Below are positions 57,078 to 64,000 of a stretch of 64,000 nucleotides of DNA, piece after piece. The stretch spans positions 96,001-160,000 of the IMG/VR virus record IMGVR_UViG_2706796644_000001; one strand, written 5' to 3'. The translations under genes were made by a program, and so were the position numbers. A model generated the notes under the pieces. It was given only the letters and a program-made list of their open reading frames with translations. It was not told the origin of the DNA and made no database searches. The stretch comes from a virus (lineage: Duplodnaviria; Caudoviricetes). How positions within the stretch are numbered: the first letter of the stretch is position 1; each line of letters opens with the position of its first letter.

Positions 57078-57518
57078 ATGAGTGAATCTAATTATGAAAA
57101 TCCTTGGATGTACATGGAACGAACTTTTAATAGCAGCGATGTTGGGGATTACTTTGGGTTTGTTTACTGTATTACCAATGTCACCACACACAAATCGTAC
57201 GTTGGGAGGAAGTATTTTTGGTCCTTTAGAACTCCCCCTGGAAAAAAACGAAAAGTAAAGCAGGAATCTGACTGGAAAAAGTATTACGGATCTTGTCCAG
57301 AACTTAAAGATGACATTAAGAAGTTCGGAAAACTGAACTTCACGAGGCACATACTAAGCCTACATAAAACTAAGGGTCAATGCAACTATGAAGAGACCCG
57401 ACAATTATTCAAGCATAATGTACTTACGGAGGCATTTGACGATGGCACCCCTGCATACTACAACAGCAACATCCTTGGTAGGTACATGCGAAAAGATTAC
57501 TTTCAGAAAGGTGGTTGA
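57078..57518 (+). CDS. GIY-YIG-like endonuclease
   Basis: GFVYCITN...YVGRK, WKKYYGS, YYNSNI. Confidence 0.8.
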   Translation: MSESNYENPWMYMERTFNSSDVGDYFGFVYCITNVTTHKSYVGRKYFWSFRTPPGKKRKVKQESDWKKYYGSCPELKDDIKKFGKLNFTRHILSLHKTKGQCNYEETRQLFKHNVLTEAFDDGTPAYYNSNILGRYMRKDYFQKGG

Positions 57519-57543
57519 CGCCTGACTCTTACCCTGCTATACT
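57515..57543 (+). promoter_or_regulatory. sigma70-type promoter for the tRNA unit
   Basis: TTGACG - 17 nt - TATACT. Confidence 0.8.
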
Positions 57544-57565
57544 ACAGAGGTTCCGAGAGACGACC

Positions 57566-57754
57566 ATGACACAGGAAGAACTCTACAACGACTTTGAACT
57601 GAACCTAGTTCATGCTGAGATTACTGCACTTGTAGATCAACTGCACGAGCATGTTTCTGCAGCTCGTGATGAAGAGTCCTTTCTGGTAACTAATCGTATC
57701 AACGAACTTATAGAATGGGCAAGTAGCTCAGTGGATAGAGCATCGCACTTCTAA
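57566..57754 (+). CDS. Hypothetical protein whose 3' end overlaps tRNA-Arg
   Basis: First ATG after the promoter; its stop falls in the anticodon loop. Confidence 0.5.
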   Translation: MTQEELYNDFELNLVHAEITALVDQLHEHVSAARDEESFLVTNRINELIEWASSSVDRASHF

Positions 57755-57789
57755 TGCGTTGGTCGGGGGTTCAAATCCCTCCTTGCCCG
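57717..57789 (+). tRNA. tRNA-Arg(TCT), CCA not encoded
   Basis: Acceptor GGGCAAG/CTTGCCC, D arm GCTC/GAGC, loop CT-TCT-AA, T loop GGTTCAAATCC. Confidence 0.95.
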
Positions 57790-57811
57790 TTGCCCTATTA
57801 AGGGCATGCAT

Positions 57812-57883
57812 TCCCAAGTAGCTCAGTGGCAGAGCCGCCGACTGTTAATCGGCTGGTCGCTGGTTCAAATCCAGCCTTGGGAG
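57812..57883 (+). tRNA. tRNA-Asn(GTT), CCA not encoded
   Basis: Acceptor TCCCAAG/CTTGGGA, anticodon arm GCCGA-CTGTTAA-TCGGC, T loop GGTTCAAATCC. Confidence 0.95.
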
Positions 57884-57921
57884 TTGCCCTTAGGGGCATC
57901 TGTTCACATCGCTAAAGAGAT

Positions 57922-58122
57922 ATGACAACACGGCAAAAGTTTGCGCCAGTCCTTGATATTCTCAATCAAGCAGTAACTGGTGATGTATTTCTAGATTCAG
58001 ATTATCCTAACATCTTCAAAAAAGTTTTTAAATTTTACGAGGATAAAGGAGTCCAATTCTGGGGCGATGTGGACGAGGATTATGCTATCCTTATTGATAA
58101 ACTAGCAACTGATCTTACCTAA
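57922..58122 (+). CDS. Hypothetical protein
   Basis: ORF after the tRNAs. Confidence 0.65.
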   Translation: MTTRQKFAPVLDILNQAVTGDVFLDSDYPNIFKKVFKFYEDKGVQFWGDVDEDYAILIDKLATDLT

Positions 58123-58364
58123 TGACACCTACAGTCCTCCTTGAACGTTCTCCGTACCGCTACGTTGAGTGTGGTACGCTTGAGATCAATGGCAAACCTG
58201 ACTTTCGTATTCAGAAATTTGATGAATGGACCAAGCGTTACAAAGACATGTATCTCTGTGACAATGGTATGCAACTAAACCTCGCCATGGAGGACTTTGA
58301 ATATACTAAATGGTTGGATCCCGAAGGTGTCCCATGTTACATTCGCGACTGCATCACTGCATAA
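58122..58364 (+). CDS. Cyanophage-type hypothetical protein
   Basis: LERSPYRYV, DFEYTKWLDP; coupled start. Confidence 0.7.
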   Translation: MTPTVLLERSPYRYVECGTLEINGKPDFRIQKFDEWTKRYKDMYLCDNGMQLNLAMEDFEYTKWLDPEGVPCYIRDCITA

Positions 58365-58367
58365 ATT

Positions 58368-58670
58368 ATGACTACTAAGTATTCCGCTGCTGAACTTGCA
58401 GCACGAGACGCCGTAATTCAGGCACTCTATGATAACGTTCCACAAAATACTTTGTGTGAACTGTGGCGACACTATCTCGGTCTTCGTTGTATTGCCGAGA
58501 CAACAGATCAAAAAACTACCCTGGGAACTGATAACATTACATTCACTAGTGATGTAGGTGAGTATCCTTTCGGTGCAGCACAACCTGTTGGTGATGTTGG
58601 ACTGGGTGGTCTTTCTTATGCATCAGATACAATTAGTTTTGGTGATTCTGGCATCTCGCTAACTCTCTAA
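58368..58670 (+). CDS. Hypothetical protein
   Basis: ORF with late-like box upstream. Confidence 0.6.
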   Translation: MTTKYSAAELAARDAVIQALYDNVPQNTLCELWRHYLGLRCIAETTDQKTTLGTDNITFTSDVGEYPFGAAQPVGDVGLGGLSYASDTISFGDSGISLTL

Positions 58671-58760
58671 ATAACAATGTCTTTGCCATTAGACATTAAA
58701 CTAGATGGTTGTAGCGCGATAGCAACAATAACAAAGGGGGCCTAGGTCCCCTTAAATATT

Positions 58761-59330
58761 ATGAATGAAAATTTTATTAGAACTTACGACAATGTACTTG
58801 ATGCTAATTTAATTAAGACGTTGCTGCAAATGATTGATCAGCAAGTAGTATACAGTACTGTTAATGATAAGAATAGACAAGATAAACAACTTGCGTTAGA
58901 TCCATACTGGCCGACGGTGGCAATGGATATTAATAACTGTCTACTTAATAAATGTGTTTCTCCCTACCTTGAAGATTTTCCTTACCTAAAAACTCAGGGT
59001 CCAGACTGGTGGTCTGGAGTAACCCTATTACAAAAAACTGAACCCATGGGAGGGTTCCATACATTTCACGGTGAAAACATTGCTTGGGCAAATAAAAATC
59101 GTGTAATGGCATGGATGATTTATCTAAATGATGTTGAGGAGGGAGGAGAGACTGAGTTTTTATACCAGCAGGTAAAATTAAAACCCACCAAAAACACGGC
59201 AGTCATATGGCCTGGTGGGTTTACTCATCTTCACCGAGGTAATCCTCCCATGTCAACCAAGTATATTCTTACTGGATGGATCTCATCTATGAGTAACATG
59301 CCAAGATTTACTATCTCTGAGGATTCATAA
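58761..59330 (+). CDS. 2OG-Fe(II) oxygenase
   Basis: FHGE, MIYLNDVEEGGETEF, WPGGFTHLHRGNPP, KYILTGW. Confidence 0.92.
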   Translation: MNENFIRTYDNVLDANLIKTLLQMIDQQVVYSTVNDKNRQDKQLALDPYWPTVAMDINNCLLNKCVSPYLEDFPYLKTQGPDWWSGVTLLQKTEPMGGFHTFHGENIAWANKNRVMAWMIYLNDVEEGGETEFLYQQVKLKPTKNTAVIWPGGFTHLHRGNPPMSTKYILTGWISSMSNMPRFTISEDS

Positions 59331-59367
59331 CCCGAGGTTTACAGACTAATAAAAAATAATTATCATA

Positions 59368-59404
59368 AGAAGGGCTTGACGCCCTTCTTTTTTTCCTATA
59401 TACT
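59368..59404 (+). promoter_or_regulatory. Terminator hairpin overlapping the sigma70 promoter of hli
   Basis: AAGAAGGGC-TTGAC-GCCCTTCTT with T run; TTGACG - 17 nt - TATACT. Confidence 0.8.
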
Positions 59405-59431
59405 ATGTAAAGATTCATTACGAAACGTATC

Positions 59432-59641
59432 ATGACTGTTACAACTGAAGACGGTGGACGCACAAACATGTGGGCTACCGAACCCCGCATGTATATCTCA
59501 CAGACCGACGCCGAGCGTTACGGTTATGAGTCGTATGCTGAACGTGCAGAGAAACTCAATGGACGTGCTGCTATGATGGGTTTTGTTGCGGCCTTGCTTT
59601 CTTACGCGATTACTGGTAAACTGTTCTTTGGTATTCTCTAA
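59432..59641 (+). CDS. hli: High-light-inducible protein
   Basis: AEKLNGRAAMMGF, TGK. Confidence 0.95.
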   Translation: MTVTTEDGGRTNMWATEPRMYISQTDAERYGYESYAERAEKLNGRAAMMGFVAALLSYAITGKLFFGIL

Positions 59642-59648
59642 ACACCAA

Positions 59649-59987
59649 ATGCAATTTACACAAGATGATCTTTGGAATCAGATTGCAACCCTTGGTTGGG
59701 ATGTGCGAAATGATAACATTGTCATTGAAATTGGTGGCACTGTAGTCTCTGGCATCCACCAAGGTGCAGAGTACAACCAAAAGTGGGCAACCCCTTATGG
59801 TGTTCGTAAGTATAACAAAGATGCATTCATTGTTATCAAGAACCTCTCACGAGACGACAACACTAAGTCTCAACCCATGGATAGACCACACGAACCTCAT
59901 CATTCAAAGACACCAGACATTGTTGTCAACATGGACGGCGGTGTAGGTGGTTCTTGGGAAGTTGAAACTACAGACTCTAAATCATGA
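59649..59987 (+). CDS. Hypothetical protein
   Basis: ATG just after the hli stop. Confidence 0.6.
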   Translation: MQFTQDDLWNQIATLGWDVRNDNIVIEIGGTVVSGIHQGAEYNQKWATPYGVRKYNKDAFIVIKNLSRDDNTKSQPMDRPHEPHHSKTPDIVVNMDGGVGGSWEVETTDSKS

Positions 59988-60481
59988 ATGAAATTCCAGA
60001 AGTAACATTTTACTTTCACAATCAAGATAACATAAGCAGCGATAAACTATTCAACGAAAAACGTGTATTAGTTTTTGCTGTCCCTGGTGCCTTTACTCCT
60101 ACATGTAGCACTAAAGAACTTCCAGGATATGAAGAAGTCTATGACGAGATTAAATCTCACGGCATTGATGAAATTTATTGCTTGTCTGTGAATGATTCAT
60201 ATGTAATGGATGCATGGTTTGACAAACTTGAAATCAAGAATGTTAAATATCTCCCTGATGGAAATGGATTCTTTACTGGTCAGATGAATGAACTGGTTCT
60301 GAAGAATAATTTAGGACTGGGTTTCCGATCATGGCGTTATAGTATGATCGTAAACAACGGCATTATTGAAAAACTCTGGGAAGAAGAAGGTAAAGTTGAT
60401 GATGCTGAGGACGATCCTTATGACATCACAAAACCTGAAGTTTCTCTCTACTACTTAAAACTCTCTAACCCTATCAAGTAA
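59984..60481 (+). CDS. Peroxiredoxin (Prx5/redoxin type)
   Basis: PGAFTPTCS, SVND, DGNG.F, RSWRYSM. Confidence 0.93.
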   Translation: MNEIPEVTFYFHNQDNISSDKLFNEKRVLVFAVPGAFTPTCSTKELPGYEEVYDEIKSHGIDEIYCLSVNDSYVMDAWFDKLEIKNVKYLPDGNGFFTGQMNELVLKNNLGLGFRSWRYSMIVNNGIIEKLWEEEGKVDDAEDDPYDITKPEVSLYYLKLSNPIK

Positions 60482-60485
60482 AACA

Positions 60486-60593
60486 ATGAACGAAAACGCA
60501 GAACGCATTAACGGTTGGGCAGCAATGCTCGGAGTCATCGCTGCTATGGGCAGTTATGCAACCACGGGGCAGATCATTCCAGGTATCTGGTGA
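60486..60593 (+). CDS. hli: High-light-inducible protein, 35 aa, not in ORF track
   Basis: MNENAERINGWAAMLGVIAAMGSYATTGQIIPGIW. Confidence 0.93.
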   Translation: MNENAERINGWAAMLGVIAAMGSYATTGQIIPGIW

Positions 60594-60736
60594 TGGATAC
60601 ATCTAACTTCCTAGCACTAGCAGTCGGATTTATGGTAGCAAACTTCATGCTTTACATCATAAAAAAGTCTGATGATGATAATGGTGGTGGAGGTGACGGT
60701 GGAATGATGACTCCCCTAATGGTCCCTACAAATTGA
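60593..60736 (+). CDS. Small membrane protein with DDDNGGGG motif
   Basis: TGATG-coupled to hli; one TM. Confidence 0.6.
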   Translation: MDTSNFLALAVGFMVANFMLYIIKKSDDDNGGGGDGGMMTPLMVPTN

Positions 60737-60831
60737 ATAAATAGTGACGTATCGTCGTCGCATGACAAAGGGGTAACTGGCACAATCCAGTTGACGCCCC
60801 TTTTTTTGTATGTTAATATAGGAAGGTTCAA

Positions 60832-61419
60832 ATGAGAAAGATGATTTTACCAACACTAGTGATGAGTACAGCAGTATCTCTGGCAGCAGTACCATCATTC
60901 TTAATGACCCTTCCAGAGGCACCACCACTTCCTGATGGAGTTGCCGAGGTAGTAGAACCTTCATGGCAGTGTCCTACATGCTCTGTTGAAGAACAGTATG
61001 TCCTCAAGGAACTCCAAGCACAAACTAAGATCACTGATAAGAATGCTCTTGCTACGCTGATGGGTAACATCAAGCAGGAGAGTAAGTTCATCCCTAACAT
61101 CTGTGAAGGTGGTGCTATTGTCCCCTATGAGAACTGTTTGTCTGGTGGGTATGGTTTAATCCAATGGACTTCTGCTCACCGATACCGAGGTCTTGGAACC
61201 TTCTGTGGTAAGTTCTCTTGCGATCCATCTTCACTTGAAGGTCAAACTCGCTGGATGATTAATGAACCTATCTTTCAACGTGTCCTTCCTGAGTTTGAAA
61301 GACGTGGAGACACCATTCCTCAGTACATGACACATGCATACTACTGGTTAGGATGGGGCATCAAAGGTAATCGCGAGGTTTATGCCTGGGATTACGAGAG
61401 CAAACTAACTTGGGTATAA
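60832..61419 (+). CDS. Exported lysozyme-fold protein (phage tail lysozyme type)
   Basis: MGNIKQES, GYGLIQWT; hydrophobic N-terminus; promoter TTGACG - 17 nt - TAATAT at 60791-60819. Confidence 0.65.
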   Translation: MRKMILPTLVMSTAVSLAAVPSFLMTLPEAPPLPDGVAEVVEPSWQCPTCSVEEQYVLKELQAQTKITDKNALATLMGNIKQESKFIPNICEGGAIVPYENCLSGGYGLIQWTSAHRYRGLGTFCGKFSCDPSSLEGQTRWMINEPIFQRVLPEFERRGDTIPQYMTHAYYWLGWGIKGNREVYAWDYESKLTWV

Positions 61420-61437
61420 TCACTCATCTTTCAGGGG

Positions 61438-61471
61438 TTGACGGATTCCTACACCCCTGCTATACTAAATA
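61438..61471 (+). promoter_or_regulatory. Overlapping sigma70 and late promoters of psbA
   Basis: TTGACG - 17 nt - TATACT running into CTAAATA. Confidence 0.85.
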
Positions 61472-61504
61472 GGTAAACAAATGTAACGACGGTGTTCGTT
61501 TCAT

Positions 61505-61615
61505 AACCGACTCCCCCCAAACCAAGACCTATAGGGAGTATAAATTACGTCTTTAATACCTGCCTCTGAGGGTGAGACAGGAATAATTTATTAGTGTTTC
61601 CCTGCACTCTTATCT
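61505..61615 (+). ncRNA. Structured psbA leader, probably the PhotoRC-II RNA motif
   Basis: About 160-nt non-coding leader with AAGAC/GTCTT and CCTG...GAGGGTG...CAGG stems; expected location for this motif. Boundaries approximate. Confidence 0.6.
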
Positions 61616-61630
61616 AACCCTTTCAATTCA

Positions 61631-62707
61631 ATGGCTTCAACTCTTACAAGACAACAAACATCCCCGTGGAATAACTTCTGCGAGTGGGTAACCTCAACCA
61701 ACAACCGTTTGTATGTTGGTTGGTTCGGTGTACTGATGATTCCTACGTTGCTTGCTGCAACTATCTGTTTCATCGTCGCCTTCGTCGCTGCTCCCCCTGT
61801 GGACATTGACGGCATCCGCGAACCAGTTGCTGGTTCACTCATGTATGGTAACAACATCATCTCTGGTGCAGTTGTTCCTAGTTCAAACGCAATCGGTCTC
61901 CACTTCTACCCCATCTGGGAAGCAGCATCTCTTGACGAGTGGCTGTATAACGGTGGTCCTTTCCAACTTGTAGTATTCCACTTCCTGATCGGCATCTATG
62001 CCTATATGGGACGTGAGTGGGAACTCTCTTACCGTTTAGGTATGCGCCCATGGATCTGTGTAGCATATTCTGCTCCAGTCGCTGCAGCGAGTGCAGTATT
62101 CCTAGTCTATCCTTTCGGTCAAGGTTCTTTCTCCGATGCTATGCCTCTTGGTATCTCTGGTACTTTTAACTACATGCTTGTATTCCAAGCAGAACACAAC
62201 ATCCTTATGCACCCGTTCCATATGCTCGGTGTTGCTGGGGTATTCGGTGGATCTCTTTTCTCTGCTATGCATGGAAGTCTCGTTACTTCCTCACTCGTTC
62301 GTGAAACGACTGAAACAGAGTCACAGAACTACGGTTATAAGTTCGGTCAAGAAGAAGAGACCTACAACATCGTTGCAGCCCATGGCTACTTCGGTCGTTT
62401 GATCTTCCAATACGCTTCATTCAACAACTCCCGTTCCTTGCACTTCTTCCTTGCTGCATGGCCTGTTGTCGGCATCTGGTTCACCGCCCTTGGCGTGTCA
62501 ACCATGGCATTCAACCTGAACGGTTTCAACTTCAACCAGTCCATCCTTGATGGTCAGGGTCGTGTGTTGAACACCTGGGCAGATGTACTGAACCGCGCTG
62601 GTCTTGGTATGGAAGTTATGCATGAGCGTAACGCACACAACTTCCCACTGGATCTTGCTGCTGCTGAGTCTACACCTGTAGCACTCATCGCACCATCCGT
62701 TGGTTGA
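61631..62707 (+). CDS. psbA: Photosystem II D1 protein, uninterrupted
   Basis: [36 protein letters not shown]. Confidence 0.99.
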   Translation: MASTLTRQQTSPWNNFCEWVTSTNNRLYVGWFGVLMIPTLLAATICFIVAFVAAPPVDIDGIREPVAGSLMYGNNIISGAVVPSSNAIGLHFYPIWEAASLDEWLYNGGPFQLVVFHFLIGIYAYMGREWELSYRLGMRPWICVAYSAPVAAASAVFLVYPFGQGSFSDAMPLGISGTFNYMLVFQAEHNILMHPFHMLGVAGVFGGSLFSAMHGSLVTSSLVRETTETESQNYGYKFGQEEETYNIVAAHGYFGRLIFQYASFNNSRSLHFFLAAWPVVGIWFTALGVSTMAFNLNGFNFNQSILDGQGRVLNTWADVLNRAGLGMEVMHERNAHNFPLDLAAAESTPVALIAPSVG

Positions 62708-62730
62708 TTAGTCAACCTGTGGTTTAATTT

Positions 62731-62752
62731 AGGGGACTACGGTCCCCTTTTT
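62731..62752 (+). terminator. Intrinsic terminator after psbA
   Basis: AGGGGAC-TACG-GTCCCCT with T run. Confidence 0.88.
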
Positions 62753-62777
62753 CTTTTCTATTTTATTATAAAGTTTT

Positions 62778-63068
62778 ATGTCTTTCTCTATTACTCTTCA
62801 GATTAGTGACGGCGATCAAGTTATTCAGTGTGAGTCCGATCAGTACATTCTAGACGCTGCAGAAGAGGCAGGAGTTGATATTAACTATTCCTGTCGTGCT
62901 GGTGCCTGTTCTTCCTGTGCTGGTAAACTTGTCAGCGGAACTGTTGACCAAAGCGATCAGTCATTCTTGGATGATGATCAGATTGCAGAAGGATTTATCC
63001 TTACGTGTGTATCTTATCCCACTTCTGATTGTGTGGTCATGACTGAGCAAGAGGAGAACCTGTACTGA
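62778..63068 (+). CDS. petF: Plant-type [2Fe-2S] ferredoxin
   Basis: [28 protein letters not shown]. Confidence 0.97.
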   Translation: MSFSITLQISDGDQVIQCESDQYILDAAEEAGVDINYSCRAGACSSCAGKLVSGTVDQSDQSFLDDDQIAEGFILTCVSYPTSDCVVMTEQEENLY

Positions 63069-63286
63069 TGGAACCTTCTATTGCTGAACTCTTAACTTAC
63101 TATGTTATCGGTGGTGCTCTCATCATCGGTCCCCCCGCTATCTTCCTCATCATTGCTATGATGGGTGCTATTCAAAATACTAAGGGACGCATGGTAGGAT
63201 ACAAAGATCATAAGACTTACGGTGACTCGTCAATCTACGAAAATACACCAAGTGATCAATCAAAATTCTTCTTGGAAATTAGCTGA
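63068..63286 (+). CDS. Small membrane hypothetical protein
   Basis: One TM; coupled to petF. Confidence 0.6.
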   Translation: MEPSIAELLTYYVIGGALIIGPPAIFLIIAMMGAIQNTKGRMVGYKDHKTYGDSSIYENTPSDQSKFFLEIS

Positions 63287-63339
63287 GATCATACGTGATA
63301 CTTGGCCGAACCTGTACTACTTAAAAGGAATCAAAAAAC

Positions 63340-64000
63340 ATGACTACAAGCACACTAATAAAACCAACGAGGGGGTGGTTTGATGTCCTGGATGACTGGC
63401 TTAAACGAGATCGCTTTGTCTTTGTGGGTTGGTCTGGACTCCTACTTCTTCCCACTGCTTATATGGCCATTGGCGGTTGGCTTACTGGCACGACTTTTAT
63501 CACGAGTTGGTACACCCACGGTCTTGCTAGTTCCTACCTTGAAGGTGCTAATTTTCTCACGGCAGCTGTCTCAACGCCTGCTGATGCTATGGGTCATTCT
63601 CTTCTTCTACTTTGGGGTCCTGAGTCTCAAGGCGACTTCCAACGCTGGTGCCAACTTGGAGGGATTTGGTCCTTTGTTGCTCTCCACGGTGCATTCGCTC
63701 TCATAGGTTTTATGCTACGGCAATTTGAAATTGCTCGTCTAGTTGGTATCCGTCCTTACAATGCTATTGCGTTCTCTGGTCCTATTGCTGTTTTTGTCAG
63801 CGTATTCCTTATCTATCCACTGGGTCAGTCTTCATGGTTCTTTGCACCTAGTTTCGGGGTAGCAGCAATCTTTAGATTCCTGTTGTTCCTTCAGGGTTTC
63901 CACAACTGGACCCTCAACCCCTTCCATATGATGGGAGTTGCTGGTATACTAGGTGGAGCACTGTTGTGTGCAATCCATGGTGCTACTGTAGAGAACACAT
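63340..64000 (+). CDS. psbD: Photosystem II D2 protein, 3' end outside window, not in ORF track
   Basis: [33 protein letters not shown]...[14 protein letters not shown]...[12 protein letters not shown]. Confidence 0.98.
   Translation, partial: MTTSTLIKPTRGWFDVLDDWLKRDRFVFVGWSGLLLLPTAYMAIGGWLTGTTFITSWYTHGLASSYLEGANFLTAAVSTPADAMGHSLLLLWGPESQGDFQRWCQLGGIWSFVALHGAFALIGFMLRQFEIARLVGIRPYNAIAFSGPIAVFVSVFLIYPLGQSSWFFAPSFGVAAIFRFLLFLQGFHNWTLNPFHMMGVAGILGGALLCAIHGATVENT

Noticed and set aside
58676-58710. preQ1-I riboswitch
   Set aside because: The hairpin plus A-rich tail is superficially similar, but the loop lacks the expected conserved residues and no queuosine genes are nearby; kept only as an unassigned RNA candidate.
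34474-62707. Introns or inteins in gp43, nrdA, nrdB, gp41 or psbA
   Set aside because: All are continuous ORFs of ordinary length with no visible insertion.
1844-63706. Many alternative-frame and antisense ORFs in the ORF track (for example 2614-3219, 6513-7010, 8797-9459, 45949-46434, 63380-63706)
   Set aside because: They lie wholly within well-supported genes, have no recognisable motifs or RBS, and are expected shadows of biased codon usage.
1-64000. CRISPR array, integrase, transposase or long tandem repeats
   Set aside because: None were seen by eye; low-complexity stretches (for example 46260-46310) are Gly/Ser codon runs inside genes.

Overview
This 64 kb window is the conserved core of a T4-like marine cyanomyovirus, most likely infecting Synechococcus. 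Gene order is: end of gp17 terminase, gp18-gp23 tail and head genes, an inserted carbamoyltransferase, gp3, uvsY/uvsW, gp55, gp47/46, a peptidase-VWA and CobS AAA+ pair, gp45/44/62 with inserted 2OG-Fe(II) oxygenase and Dam methylase, regA, a 7-gene convergent membrane/secreted cassette, hsp20, an outer-membrane-protein-like gene, gp43, uvsX, gp41, mazG, a mostly late cluster at 41.3-50.3 kb, gp61, nrdA/nrdB, a glutamine-riboswitch locus, talC, two tRNAs, two hli genes, peroxiredoxin, psbA, petF and the start of psbD. Best non-routine signals: (1) tandem Downstream-peptide (glutamine) riboswitch-like aptamers in which the second has a complete 53-codon ORF inside its hairpin loop and complementary loops link the two; (2) a protein starting with a 32-aa copy of the gp23 cleavage site plus mature N-arm, conserved at protein but not DNA level, in a cluster of probable capsid-targeted, protease-processed proteins that includes a nucleotidyltransferase with a T4 capsid-targeting-like leader; (3) a ROSE-like RNA thermometer on hsp20; (4) a near-consensus antisense sigma70 promoter back-to-back with the gp55 promoter. 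All family assignments come from motif recognition and gene order, not database searches.
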